Shown: piece after piece, positions 10,160 to 20,131 of the stretch
Layout: each line of letters opens with the position of its first letter
Numbering within the stretch: position 1 is the stretch's first letter
Source of the DNA: a virus
DNA: 64,000 bases
Strand: one strand, 5' to 3'
Virus genome (UHGV): UHGV-0010228
Made by a program: the position numbers and the translations under genes
The notes under the pieces: generated by a model
The model's database searches: none
The model's input: the letters and a program-made list of their open reading frames with translations, nothing else
Told to the model about the DNA's origin: nothing

Positions 10160-10242
10160 CGTAATTTCTTTTTTTTTTATTAGTATATTATTAAAGTGAA
10201 TAAATACAACTCATATAGTATATAATATAAGGAGGTAATACT
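10160..10242 (+). promoter_or_regulatory. repeated promoter/leader cassette, copy 1 (T-run, ttattagtatattattaaagtgaataaatacaactcatatagtata, RBS)
   Basis: About 75 nt nearly identical to 11565-11645. Contains TATAAT-like boxes and runs into the MRNIE start codon. Confidence 0.5.
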
Positions 10243-10533
10243 ATGAGAAACATCGAAGAGATAAATTATGATACTAAACGTTTATACAGAACAGGAAAAA
10301 ATGACGCTTCTGTTGATTTAACAGCTTTAAAAGCTGCTGCAAAAGATCCAGCTTTTGTATCAGTGCGCCATCAGATTAGGCGCACACTCTTAAAACTAAA
10401 GGATCCGAGAAAAAACGGATCCCGACCAGAAATGCTTCGAGATACAAAACTCATTAACGAATTTTGTGTAACTAGAGGATATGAACCTCTAGTTACAGAT
10501 ATAATGCTTTCTAGCATTATATATGCATATTAA
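10243..10533 (+). CDS. hypothetical small basic protein (96 aa, MRNIE N-terminus)
   Basis: ORF behind the repeated cassette. Confidence 0.5.
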   Translation: MRNIEEINYDTKRLYRTGKNDASVDLTALKAAAKDPAFVSVRHQIRRTLLKLKDPRKNGSRPEMLRDTKLINEFCVTRGYEPLVTDIMLSSIIYAY

Positions 10534-10634
10534 AAAATAAGAGATTTTAAATCTCTTATTTTTTTAATATTTTTTATAAAAATATATTATTATAGTGATA
10601 ATTTACTATAATCAATTCAAGGAGGAAAATACTA

Positions 10635-11125
10635 TGAAAAAAAATTTGGTATCATTCATTGAAATGATGCTAGAGTCTATAATTATGCATTATAGACACA
10701 GTCATCCAAATCCAGAATTAGAAATGGATCAGATAACGTATGATGAGTTGTCGGATATGTTAAAAGACATTCGTGATATGGTTGATGAGAAATATCCACA
10801 TATGTCTGAAAAGATCAGAATATATGCTGATTCGCCAGTTATTAAAGACTCAATAACCAAATGGATTCTTCATGAGATTGAAGAATCTGGAGTTGACATT
10901 GAGCCATCCATTAAGAATATTGCTTTCTTAATGGATATATTTGAATTCGGATTGCACAATGGTGCAGTTCCGATAATAGGATTTAATACATATCTTAATA
11001 TGACTGATGAAGATATCGAAGATATGATTGATGAGTTTAATAATAATATGAATTCATCATACAATTGTAAAGAATGCAAAGAGAATAAAGGTAAAGTAAT
11101 ACCTTTATTCCCAGATAAAGAATAG
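10635..11125 (+). CDS. hypothetical acidic protein (about 163 aa; the track ORF starts at 10595, but the likely start is the Met of MKKNLVSF preceded by aaggagg)
   Basis: ORF plus RBS spacing. Confidence 0.5.
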
Positions 11126-11138
11126 GAGGATAATTAAA

Positions 11139-11516
11139 ATGGAACTTAAGATGAATAAAGAAGAATTTAACTCGTTAGCTGGAATAATTAACGCAATTGG
11201 TGATAATGAAATTACTGATTGCTTCAATTCAATATTTGGTTCAGATCATATTCCAGAATGTGATCCACAGATAATAAAAGATGCTTCTGGAGAAAATATT
11301 GGTATGAACCTTGTTATTAAACCTGAAAATACGGTTAAATTATTTAAAACTATAGGTAGTCATGGTGATGATTTATCATCAATTGTTTCAATTATAAATA
11401 AACCAGAGGCTAAATCATCAATTAAATACCTAGGAGGTCTTGTGAGCCATGGACCTCAATTACTATCATCGTTTTCTAATATAGGTAAAGATATAAAAAA
11501 TCTTTTTAGAAAATAA
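11139..11516 (+). CDS. hypothetical protein (125 aa)
   Basis: ORF with aggagg RBS. Confidence 0.5.
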   Translation: MELKMNKEEFNSLAGIINAIGDNEITDCFNSIFGSDHIPECDPQIIKDASGENIGMNLVIKPENTVKLFKTIGSHGDDLSSIVSIINKPEAKSSIKYLGGLVSHGPQLLSSFSNIGKDIKNLFRK

Positions 11517-11532
11517 TAATTTCATTATATTA

Positions 11533-11585
11533 ATTACGGTATATTCTATATATAGAATATACCGTAATTTCTTTTTTTTTTTTTA
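11533..11585 (+). terminator. rho-independent terminator (hairpin plus T14 run)
   Basis: Hairpin attacggtatattctatatatagaatataccgtaat followed by a run of 14 T. Confidence 0.65.
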
Positions 11586-11645
11586 TTAGTATATTATTAA
11601 AGTGAATAAATACAACTCATATAGTATAATAAGGAGGAAAATACT
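11565..11645 (+). promoter_or_regulatory. repeated promoter/leader cassette, copy 2
   Basis: Near-identical to 10160-10242. Confidence 0.5.
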
Positions 11646-11843
11646 ATGAGAAATATTGAAGTCCCTAATAAAGAAAGAGCAACAATCTTAGTCAATATGA
11701 TAGATGCCATTGAATTTCAGGCATCAAATGGTTGGACAAAAGAAATGCTGACTGTTTATCTCGGATTGTGTGGAGAACTCCGTGTAATAATGGATGAATG
11801 GGAGCAAATCGAAAAAGATGAAGACTTAATTTTAATAAATTAA
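11646..11843 (+). CDS. hypothetical small protein (65 aa, MRNIE N-terminus)
   Basis: ORF behind cassette copy 2. Confidence 0.45.
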   Translation: MRNIEVPNKERATILVNMIDAIEFQASNGWTKEMLTVYLGLCGELRVIMDEWEQIEKDEDLILIN

Positions 11844-11852
11844 GTCTTCAAA

Positions 11853-11888
11853 AATAAACAGGATAATGTCCTGTTTATTTTTTTTTTC
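11853..11888 (+). terminator. rho-independent terminator
   Basis: Hairpin aataaacaggataatgtcctgtttatt followed by a T-run. Confidence 0.6.
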
Positions 11889-11935
11889 TAAACTCTTTTA
11901 TAAATAAAATACAATAGAAAGGAACATAATGTGAT

Positions 11936-12817
11936 ATGGGAATATTATCTGATTTTGAATATGAAGTATATGAAGCTGAGGAATCTTCAGTGGTAATATC
12001 TGGAATGAATGCTAAATTTGCTAATAAAATAGCTCATAGAATGCCAGAATTAACTAATGGGGATAAGCTTAAGAAAGAAGCTAAAAAGCTTTATAAAGAT
12101 GATCCAGAAGGTGCAATTGCTAAAATGGAAGAAGCACTTGGCTTGTATAGTAAATTATTAGCTAGAATTAATAAACACGATCAGGATCATCCTAATGCTG
12201 CTAAATCGTCATCAAAAGCATATATTGAATACTGTGTTGATTCATGTAGAGCATATTTAATTAAATGGAAAAATCATGATGAAAGAAAAATAAAAGCGAT
12301 CATTAATGATTTAAGAAATGAAAGAGAATCAATTGGTAAATCAACTGAAAGTTGGTACTCTGATTATGGCTATTTAGATACAGAAGCAACAGAAGGACTA
12401 AAAAATAAGATTCTTACAACGACAGATGATTTTAAGAATAAATTTGCGAAACGCCCATCAGGATTCCGTAGTGATGAAGATGCAGTATGGGCATTCTTAC
12501 TTAGTTCTATAGATCAGCATTCTGTTGATAGTAAAGATCTTCAAACAACATTAGATAGTCTTGATAGAGACATTAATTATTTTTGCTATAAAAAGCAGTT
12601 AACCTGTGCTATGAAAAGATATTCAAATTTAATCGACTCTTCAAATAAACCAACCGGTAAAGTTGTACCATATGCAATACTAAATAAGCATGAAAAACCA
12701 TATATGGTAGTATGTATGTGTAATGGTAAATCTGGCGGATTTGCAATATCATATGTATATTCAGTAATTAATGAGGAGCCTCGTAAATCTCAGCTGTTAA
12801 AATTTTTATATGAATAA
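11936..12817 (+). CDS. hypothetical protein, MGILSDFE-leader family (293 aa)
   Basis: N-terminus MGILSDFEYEVYEAEE is shared with the convergent gene 12864-13454. Confidence 0.5.
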   Translation: MGILSDFEYEVYEAEESSVVISGMNAKFANKIAHRMPELTNGDKLKKEAKKLYKDDPEGAIAKMEEALGLYSKLLARINKHDQDHPNAAKSSSKAYIEYCVDSCRAYLIKWKNHDERKIKAIINDLRNERESIGKSTESWYSDYGYLDTEATEGLKNKILTTTDDFKNKFAKRPSGFRSDEDAVWAFLLSSIDQHSVDSKDLQTTLDSLDRDINYFCYKKQLTCAMKRYSNLIDSSNKPTGKVVPYAILNKHEKPYMVVCMCNGKSGGFAISYVYSVINEEPRKSQLLKFLYE

Positions 12818-12819
12818 TT

Positions 12820-12866
12820 AATAATAAACGTGTAATAGGATTAATCCTATTACACGTTTATTATTA
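12820..12866. terminator. bidirectional terminator between convergent genes
   Basis: Perfect palindrome aataaacgtgtaataggattaatcctattacacgtttatt. Confidence 0.6.
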
Positions 12867-13454
12867 ATTAATTTCTGGTCGTTCATATTCTAATAAATAC
12901 TTAACTAATCCAGATTTATTATACCTGAGAACTCTAGGTTTTCCATATTCTTTCTTTGGTTTCAATACAAATAAATATTTTGTTTCATTCTCATACATAT
13001 CTGATGATGTTATAACCCCAACAAGTACATCATTTACTGTGATATAATTTAATTTAAATGATTTTCTATCAAGATCTCTATTTTTCTTCTTTTCTGGATC
13101 GTAATTTAATTTTTTATTTTCATCATCATATGATAAAGCAGCATTCATATCTGCGATTTTTTCATCTTTAATCAATCCACGAACATAATCTTCCATATAT
13201 TTTTTAGCATTTGGATAGAACCTGTCTACTCCTACACATTTAATGTATCTACTAATTATCTCCTCATTATCTAATTCATAAATTTCATCGAATTTGGCTC
13301 TTTTAGCAGCATTCATTTTACGGTGATTATTGATTTTTTCTTTAAATTTACTAATTAATCCTTCCATAGCATCAATTTCTGAATATTTATTATCATATGA
13401 TTCTTTAGCATCTTTGATCAATTCATTATTTTCAAAATCAGATAATATTCCCAT
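12864..13454 (-). CDS. hypothetical protein, MGILSDFE leader plus internal EIDAMEG|LISKF motif (196 aa)
   Basis: ORF with RBS. Shares motifs with other genes. Confidence 0.5.
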   Translation of the reverse strand: MGILSDFENNELIKDAKESYDNKYSEIDAMEGLISKFKEKINNHRKMNAAKRAKFDEIYELDNEEIISRYIKCVGVDRFYPNAKKYMEDYVRGLIKDEKIADMNAALSYDDENKKLNYDPEKKKNRDLDRKSFKLNYITVNDVLVGVITSSDMYENETKYLFVLKPKKEYGKPRVLRYNKSGLVKYLLEYERPEIN

Positions 13455-13469
13455 AAGTTAATTACCTCC

Positions 13470-14756
13470 TTATTTACGCTTTTCTAATTGGTTCATAATT
13501 CTAGCAACATTTCTGTCACTAATTTTTTTATCATAGTTTTTAAGACTAGAACCTTGATTCACTAAATATACATCTTTCATTTTCGTTAAGTCAACAGGTT
13601 TAGTCATTGCTGCACGATCATTAGTCCTTTGATGATCTGAATTCAATATCATCGCAATAAATTCAGAGCAGAAAAGTTTACCTTTAGATTCAGGATTCAT
13701 TCCCATAGCATATTTCACTAATCCTCTAAGATTATATTTTAATTCTTTATCGTTTTTCATGATATTATATAAATTCTTTTTCATTTTAAGATATTCATCA
13801 TGTGGTACAAAAACTGCATATAATGCGTACTTTATGTCTCGTTCCTTAAAGAAAGCGTCTCGAATATCTTCCCTAGTAAACCCATTTGCAAATGGCTTAT
13901 TAGAATATTTAGTACCAAATGAAAATAGTGAATTTAGTGATGTATCAAATGATAATGATGAGTGTGAATATTCATCTTTAGTATACTTCTGTATAGCATT
14001 ACTAAGAGGTGTACCAGTGTGCATAACCAAAACATATACAGGATATAATTTTTCTTTGTAAATTTCATTTTTCGAAGATTCTATAGAATCTTTCTTATAT
14101 GATTTAAGCTTATTTTCAAATTTATTAAGAGCATTATACATATCCCTATACCATGTTGATCTCCAATTTGATCTTGGCTGACCAACATCTTCGAAGAATC
14201 TTTTTAAGCGATTGCTTCCTTCACGAATATTTGCTCTCTTATTTGATGTATATTTAGAAGTCTCTTTAACTATAATAGGATAGTTCTTTACAATATCAAA
14301 TAGTGCAGGATTCATGAATATATCAATGCTTTCAATAACCATTCGCTGATGATTCGAATTTAAAATAAAATGCATAAATTCACGTATAGCAGCAGATCTT
14401 TTAAATATCACTGTATATCTATTAATATCTTTATTATATTTACAGTATTTTGATCCTGGGCCTTTTATCCATGCAACTAAATATTTCGCAATCGGATTCT
14501 TCTTTGATCCTTCATTATCTGTCTTATTTAAATATCTCATAATATCTTCAGCACTAAACCAATCTAAATTAATATGATCACATTTAAATTTATTAGCAAT
14601 TCTTGAAGCAGTTGTACTTTTACCTGATCCAGATAATCCAGTTATAATAAGAACTTTTGCTTCACCACTAACCCATCTATCGTAATCTACATACATATCA
14701 GTTTCAGAGAATAATTGTCGTACCTCTAACGCAGGATCGTAAATCTTATTTTCCAT
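13470..14756 (-). CDS. P-loop NTPase / nucleotide-kinase-like protein (428 aa)
   Basis: Walker A motif VLIITGLSGSGKSTTASRI near the N-terminus. The remainder is unrecognised. Confidence 0.45.
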   Translation of the reverse strand: MENKIYDPALEVRQLFSETDMYVDYDRWVSGEAKVLIITGLSGSGKSTTASRIANKFKCDHINLDWFSAEDIMRYLNKTDNEGSKKNPIAKYLVAWIKGPGSKYCKYNKDINRYTVIFKRSAAIREFMHFILNSNHQRMVIESIDIFMNPALFDIVKNYPIIVKETSKYTSNKRANIREGSNRLKRFFEDVGQPRSNWRSTWYRDMYNALNKFENKLKSYKKDSIESSKNEIYKEKLYPVYVLVMHTGTPLSNAIQKYTKDEYSHSSLSFDTSLNSLFSFGTKYSNKPFANGFTREDIRDAFFKERDIKYALYAVFVPHDEYLKMKKNLYNIMKNDKELKYNLRGLVKYAMGMNPESKGKLFCSEFIAMILNSDHQRTNDRAAMTKPVDLTKMKDVYLVNQGSSLKNYDKKISDRNVARIMNQLEKRK

Positions 14757-14840
14757 GAATTATACCTCCTCAATTAATAATAAGTTTAAACATTTGAGTA
14801 AAATATCAGATAATATCTCGAAGATAGGAGGTTAAAATAG

Positions 14841-16202
14841 ATGGAAGAAAAAATATTAGAAATGATGGATTCTGCATTTTTTGATTATAGTGTTGGAAAA
14901 TACTCACGTGATACTTTTGAAGAAAGGTTTGCTAAGATTATTTCATCACTACCATTAAAGAAAAAGAAGAATTTCACAGTTTCTATAATAAATGAAAAAA
15001 ATCGTGAACCATTTTTTGGTTTTAGAATATTTCCAATATCATCATCAATGGATGAAATTGCTAATATAATGGCAGATGAAAAGATTTCATTTAAAGAGTT
15101 ATATAAGCGATGGAGTAATATTGATTCATGGTATATGGAAATAGATGCTAACGTATTTAATCGAACTGTGTGTAATTTCACTCCTAAAGAATTAACAGCA
15201 ATGACTTTACACGAAATAGGTCATACTATATATTCAGATAAATTTTTAGTTACATTATATAATGCATTTAAAGAAGCTAGAGTAAGAATGAAGATTGCGG
15301 ATAAATCTTCATTAAAAGTTTTGTATTCATTATATATGGTACCATTATCTATAGGATGTATGCAGAGAGCATTTGTTAACTCTAAAAATGAAGTAGAGAT
15401 CGAATATTACGCGGATAAAGTATTATCAAAATATGGATATACTGATAGTTTATTATCTGCTTTAGATAAAGTAATTAAAGCATATGGATCTCAGAATCAG
15501 AGTAATGCATCAAAAATGAACGATATTATACAGTCAATTCAGTGGTGTGATCTTAATATAACAGATCTTAATAGACGTAAAGAAAAACTTAAGGATGAGT
15601 TATATTATCAATCTTTAAAGAATGAATCTCATTATTTTAAGGCAATATGCTTCCAAATCTTAAATAAGTTTGGAGTAAGATTGAGAGAAAGATACACAGG
15701 AACTGTAGTTGAGTGTACTTTAGATATTATGTATCCGGATTCTAGATATGGTAACGATAAAGTTCCATGTATGGAATATTATAAATTAATATTAGATCCT
15801 GTTGAAAATGGTAAAATACTTAAGGCGTGGGATTTAAATAGATCTCATTATGGAGTAAGCGAAGCTATCGAAGGTATATTTGGTAGTAGAAATAGAAAAA
15901 ATAAAAAGATCAAATTGCCTTCAACTAGACAATTTGATGAAATTGAAGTTCAGATAAATTACAATATAACTAATTATCATGATAAGTTATTCATATTAGA
16001 TCAGATATATGATTTATCTGATCAGATCGATCTTTATGAAGAAATTTATCAGAATGATCCAGTTGTTATGAAACGTGATAGTGGTAAGATATCTGAATAT
16101 CGAAAGAAATTAGCCAAATTAAGAGCTGCGGTATTACAACAGCCATTACCAGATAATGAATTGAAGTTATTTGTAAAATATCCTAAAGGATATGAAGGAT
16201 AG
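14841..16202 (+). CDS. putative zinc metallopeptidase (HExxH)
   Basis: TAMTLHEIGHTIY contains the HEIGH zincin motif. No other family signature recognised. Confidence 0.35.
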   Translation: MEEKILEMMDSAFFDYSVGKYSRDTFEERFAKIISSLPLKKKKNFTVSIINEKNREPFFGFRIFPISSSMDEIANIMADEKISFKELYKRWSNIDSWYMEIDANVFNRTVCNFTPKELTAMTLHEIGHTIYSDKFLVTLYNAFKEARVRMKIADKSSLKVLYSLYMVPLSIGCMQRAFVNSKNEVEIEYYADKVLSKYGYTDSLLSALDKVIKAYGSQNQSNASKMNDIIQSIQWCDLNITDLNRRKEKLKDELYYQSLKNESHYFKAICFQILNKFGVRLRERYTGTVVECTLDIMYPDSRYGNDKVPCMEYYKLILDPVENGKILKAWDLNRSHYGVSEAIEGIFGSRNRKNKKIKLPSTRQFDEIEVQINYNITNYHDKLFILDQIYDLSDQIDLYEEIYQNDPVVMKRDSGKISEYRKKLAKLRAAVLQQPLPDNELKLFVKYPKGYEG

Positions 16203-16227
16203 TCATTCATTTGTTTTTTTTTTGTTA

Positions 16228-16267
16228 TACATTATATTAATATTATATAATATAAGGAGGTATTATA
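16228..16267 (+). promoter_or_regulatory. conserved promoter plus RBS cassette (ttatacattatattaatattatataatataaggaggtattata) preceding MFDLY-family and MNDII-family genes
   Basis: The same cassette, with its T- or A-run, recurs at about 18294-18345 (minus), 22262-22326 (plus, variant) and 24033-24090 (minus). Confidence 0.5.
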
Positions 16268-17386
16268 ATGTTTGATTTATATAATACATTAGAATCATAT
16301 AATATAATAGATAATGATTATGCATATGAAGGTATTATAGATAAAGTAAAAAATGTAGGTAGTACTATATGGGGATGGTTAAAGAAAATATGGGAAACTA
16401 TAACGAATAAATTAGGAGAATTAGGTAAAAAGATAAAGAAAGCGTGGGAATCTGTTAAAAACTTTATTAAAAATAGAGGAAATAAATCAATAGAAGAAGA
16501 AGATGAAGAAGAACCATATCCAGAAGAAAATGATGAAGATAATTTATCTACTTCTACATCTAATAAATTTGCTAAAGGTAGAGGTAAGAATATAAATAGA
16601 AGAAGATTAAAAAGTGATGATAAAGAAGAAGATAAGTCAGTAGTTAAAAGTTTACCAGAGCCTGAAAAGACTAGTAGATATAAAAGTCCTAAATTAAAAG
16701 GCGGCAAAGTCACAGTAAATCCAGATCCAACCTCAGATGGAAATAAACCTAGAACTCGTATAGTGCGAGCTGGAAACGGTACAAATTATAATGCAATATT
16801 TCATCCAGATGGGAGTTTGAATAGAGAGTTAAATATAGCTATGAAGTTACTTTTAGAAGTGGCAACTCAGATTAATGTTAAATCTAAATGGTACAAAGAA
16901 TTATTATCAGTATATAGTGCTGAAGCAAAAATTGGTGATAAAGTTGGCGATGCAGAAGATCTTGAAGAAAAAACCAACAAAATGCTGCAAAATTCACCCA
17001 TAAATAATGAAGATATTGACGATTATTTAAATGATCTTGAAAATAAAATTTCAAATAAAGGTTATATTAGATTAACATCTAAAATTCCAGGAGTTGAAAA
17101 ATATTATCAAATGATATATACATCAATTTCGAAATTACAACAGTCAACTGGAGTTATATTGAATCAAATAAATAAAAAACTTGGTGAATTTAAAAGTAAA
17201 CATAGTAAATATGAATTTACGGCTAAGAATAGTAATGGCATAAATATGGAGTATATTCGCTTTAAAGGTAGTAAAAGTGGTTCTGATATTCATAAGAGTA
17301 TCCTTGATAATACTAAAAAACTTTCATCATTATATAGTCGTATCATAAGCATTACTTCTAAAATGATAATATCACCAAGCAAATAG
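16268..17386 (+). CDS. MFDLYNTLESYNII-leader family protein 1 (372 aa), putative packaged/internal virion protein with AYE|G processing motif
   Basis: The first 60 nt of the CDS are identical to the 17442-18293 gene and the first 41 nt to the 24128-24979 gene. Lys/Glu-rich middle region. Confidence 0.55.
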   Translation: MFDLYNTLESYNIIDNDYAYEGIIDKVKNVGSTIWGWLKKIWETITNKLGELGKKIKKAWESVKNFIKNRGNKSIEEEDEEEPYPEENDEDNLSTSTSNKFAKGRGKNINRRRLKSDDKEEDKSVVKSLPEPEKTSRYKSPKLKGGKVTVNPDPTSDGNKPRTRIVRAGNGTNYNAIFHPDGSLNRELNIAMKLLLEVATQINVKSKWYKELLSVYSAEAKIGDKVGDAEDLEEKTNKMLQNSPINNEDIDDYLNDLENKISNKGYIRLTSKIPGVEKYYQMIYTSISKLQQSTGVILNQINKKLGEFKSKHSKYEFTAKNSNGINMEYIRFKGSKSGSDIHKSILDNTKKLSSLYSRIISITSKMIISPSK

Positions 17387-17394
17387 ATTAATAA

Positions 17395-17440
17395 TATAAT
17401 AAATAGAATTACCTATATAGGTAATTCTATTTATTATATT
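17395..17440. terminator. bidirectional terminator
   Basis: Palindrome aataaatagaattacctatataggtaattctatttatt between convergent genes. Confidence 0.6.
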
Positions 17441-17441
17441 A

Positions 17442-18293
17442 TTAATCTACAACTTCAGCTTTGACATCAATTGGTTCATCACTAGTTACTTCTGCTCCAG
17501 ATAGATATTTTACAATATTAACAATTATCTGATAAGATTTTTTTAAATTATTTGAAATATTATTTATATGCTCAGTAGCATATTTATTGAATGCAGCATT
17601 GTAATCTTTAGAATTCTCAACTGTTTTATTGAAGTTAATTGATTGGACTACTTTCATATGAGCATCGCACACAGTATATTGATTGTGTAATACAGTACCA
17701 ATACTTTTTAAATTGTGTTCAGATAGCATATAATCATGTGGGGCCAATTTCAATTGCTCACTAACAACACTATACGCATGATCACATCTATCCTTATATT
17801 TACGAATATCTAACACAATATTTTTACTAGATGATTCACGAAGAGCATCCGATTCAACTTTATTGATAGGTACTTCCCCACCCGTGGATGGGTCTGATGT
17901 TTTTGTGATATATTTACAAATCCCTGCTAAATATTTATCTCCCCCAACTACAATTTTTAAATATTTAGCACTGAGATTAACCAATTTTATTATTTTCTTA
18001 CCAGCGTGAATCTTGTTCATCTGTGTACTAGCAATCTTTCTACCTATTTTAGTATTACTAAGTTTAGATTTTAGCGTGGTAATTCCAGTTTTTAATACAC
18101 TCATAATCTTTTTTATAATACCAGCAATAAAACCAACTGCTCTATCTATTATTTTAGCAATTTTTGATGATGCGATCTTAGTTAATTTACCACTTGCAGC
18201 TCTAGCATCGTTATCAATTTCTAAATACCTTTCATATGCATAATCATTATCTATTATATTATATGATTCTAATGTATTATATAAATCAAACAT
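17442..18293 (-). CDS. MFDLYNTLESYNII-leader family protein 2 (283 aa)
   Basis: The N-terminal 20 aa are identical at the nucleotide level to family member 1. The motif is AYE|R. Confidence 0.55.
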   Translation of the reverse strand: MFDLYNTLESYNIIDNDYAYERYLEIDNDARAASGKLTKIASSKIAKIIDRAVGFIAGIIKKIMSVLKTGITTLKSKLSNTKIGRKIASTQMNKIHAGKKIIKLVNLSAKYLKIVVGGDKYLAGICKYITKTSDPSTGGEVPINKVESDALRESSSKNIVLDIRKYKDRCDHAYSVVSEQLKLAPHDYMLSEHNLKSIGTVLHNQYTVCDAHMKVVQSINFNKTVENSKDYNAAFNKYATEHINNISNNLKKSYQIIVNIVKYLSGAEVTSDEPIDVKAEVVD

Positions 18294-18349
18294 TATAATA
18301 CCTCCTTATATTATATATAATATTAATATAATGTATAATAAAAAAAAAA

Positions 18350-18385
18350 CAAATGGTCTATTAATAGACCATTTGTTTAAATTTA
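18350..18385 (-). terminator. rho-independent terminator (hairpin caaatggtctattaatagaccatttg plus T10 on the minus strand)
   Basis: Hairpin followed by a T-run when read on the minus strand, downstream of gene 18388-19086. Confidence 0.6.
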
Positions 18386-18387
18386 CT

Positions 18388-19086
18388 CTAAGCTAATAAC
18401 CTAGAAGGATCCTTAGTACCACCAGTTATAATAACCATTGACTTACTAAGGAATGAAATTCCGGCAGTAATTGATTTTTTAATATATCCGATATATGCAG
18501 TTAAGTTATGACTATCATTTGACTCATTGTATGAACGCTTAGCCTGAACAGCTTTTGTTAAAGTACTTTCAATTGTAGAATCTAAGCTACTAAGAGTCTG
18601 GATACCACTTGAAATTGCAGCTGCAAACTTATCTAAACGTGCAGGTGAATATACATTATTAGCAGTTCTCTTACCAACTTTTTCTCCTAATTCATTCATT
18701 GAGGTTATGTAATTAGAAATTTTATCTCCATAATCTTTTGCATTATCCGCAAAATTCTTACCAGACTTTAATCTACCACTAACAGCCTTAATAGAACCAG
18801 AAATTAACTTTACACCTTTAAGTGACATCTCAACATACTTAATTGGTGCTTTATCATTAATCTTTTCCTGAATCTTAGTTCCGATCTTAGTACTCTTAAG
18901 CTTATTGCTTAATTTGCTAAATTTTTCCTTTAATCCGTTAATTCTGTCTCTGAACCATTTCATTACTGCGGCAACAACTTTATTACTTTTAATTGCAGAA
19001 CCTGCATTAGAAAGTTTATCTTTAATTCCTTCTTCTGCAAGATCGATCTTATAAGATTCTAAAGTTTCAATTACATCGAACATCAT
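18388..19086 (-). CDS. MMFDVIETLESY-leader family protein 3 (232 aa), diverged paralogue
   Basis: N-terminus MMFDVIETLESYKIDLAEE|G. The body has the same predicted helical character as the other members. Confidence 0.5.
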   Translation of the reverse strand: MMFDVIETLESYKIDLAEEGIKDKLSNAGSAIKSNKVVAAVMKWFRDRINGLKEKFSKLSNKLKSTKIGTKIQEKINDKAPIKYVEMSLKGVKLISGSIKAVSGRLKSGKNFADNAKDYGDKISNYITSMNELGEKVGKRTANNVYSPARLDKFAAAISSGIQTLSSLDSTIESTLTKAVQAKRSYNESNDSHNLTAYIGYIKKSITAGISFLSKSMVIITGGTKDPSRLLA

Positions 19087-19098
19087 AATACCTCCTTT

Positions 19099-19908
19099 CT
19101 ACCACTCAAAATCGTCATCGAAATCATCATACTCTTCAAATGCAGAATCGAAGTCGTCATCAAAATCAAACCATGACTCTTCAGCATCTTCATCATCGAG
19201 ATCTTCATCGTCGTCATCTTTCTTCTTTTTTCTACCAAAAAGCTTCTTTCTCTTTTTAGACTTCTTATTATCTTCATCATCCGATTCATCAGAATCTACA
19301 TCTTCATCGAGATCTTCATCTTCATCATCGCCCTTTTTCTTTTTCTTGAGCTTTTCCTTAGCCTTACTAATGATACCTTCCATTGCAAGAAGCATAACTT
19401 CTTCATCATCAAGACCTGTAGATTCACCAGCAGCATGAACTAAAGTTCCTGCCTTACCCCAACTGCCATCTCCAGGGAAATCAGTAAGTTCCTGATATCT
19501 TTCTTCAGCAAGAGTTTTACAACCAGCAAGAAGTTCTTTAATAGCAGCTAATTCTTCATACTCAATATCATCACTGTCGCTAACAACTCCAGCAGGCATA
19601 AGCTTAAGAGCTTTACACTGAGCCTTTAACTTAGCTGCACCATTTGATATGATAGCGTGAGCATCTTCCTTACTAATAAGGCCTGAATTACATTCTCCAT
19701 AAGCATTCTGAATTTCGGTGATTAATTCATTAAATTCAACAATCTCGTGAGATATATCATCTAAGAAATTCTTTGCCTGTTCAGGAGTTGTAAGACTAGA
19801 AGCAATATTACTTCTAATGATCTTTAACAGATCGCTAACTCTCGTTTCTGCATGACAGAAGAAACCTTCATCAGCGATATCAAAATCATTGAAATCGTCG
19901 TAATACAT
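19099..19908 (-). CDS. highly acidic protein (269 aa) with N-terminal ADE|G motif and C-terminal EESWFDFDDDFD motif
   Basis: Contains DEDEDLDEDVDSDESDDED, basic KKRKK patches, and an aromatic-acidic C-terminus shared with the 33806-34693 gene. Confidence 0.5.
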   Translation of the reverse strand: MYYDDFNDFDIADEGFFCHAETRVSDLLKIIRSNIASSLTTPEQAKNFLDDISHEIVEFNELITEIQNAYGECNSGLISKEDAHAIISNGAAKLKAQCKALKLMPAGVVSDSDDIEYEELAAIKELLAGCKTLAEERYQELTDFPGDGSWGKAGTLVHAAGESTGLDDEEVMLLAMEGIISKAKEKLKKKKKGDDEDEDLDEDVDSDESDDEDNKKSKKRKKLFGRKKKKDDDDEDLDDEDAEESWFDFDDDFDSAFEEYDDFDDDFEW

Positions 19909-20059
19909 TAATTTATTCCTCCTTTTTAATAGGATATTTAACTTTTAAAATTTATATTCTTTTAAATTTTTATTTATATGTTTTAGCATATAAAACCAAT
20001 TAATATTTAGTTCTAGAGTAATTCTTACATCTATAAATATGAGCAAATTATAAATCGTA

Positions 20060-20095
20060 CTATAAATAAATATATTTATATATTTATTTATAGCA
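20060..20095. promoter_or_regulatory. 34-bp perfect AT palindrome in a divergent promoter region
   Basis: ctataaataaatatatttatatatttatttatag lies between divergent genes 19099-19908 (minus) and 20132-22222 (plus). Confidence 0.35.
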
Positions 20096-20131
20096 ACTTA
20101 TTGTGTTGTCTATAGAAAGGAGATTTATAAT

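Noticed and set aside
19083-19289. 68-aa ORF overlapping the start region of 18388-19086 and the end of 19099-19908
   Set aside because: It overlaps two well-supported genes, has no RBS and a biased Met/Lys composition. Spurious.
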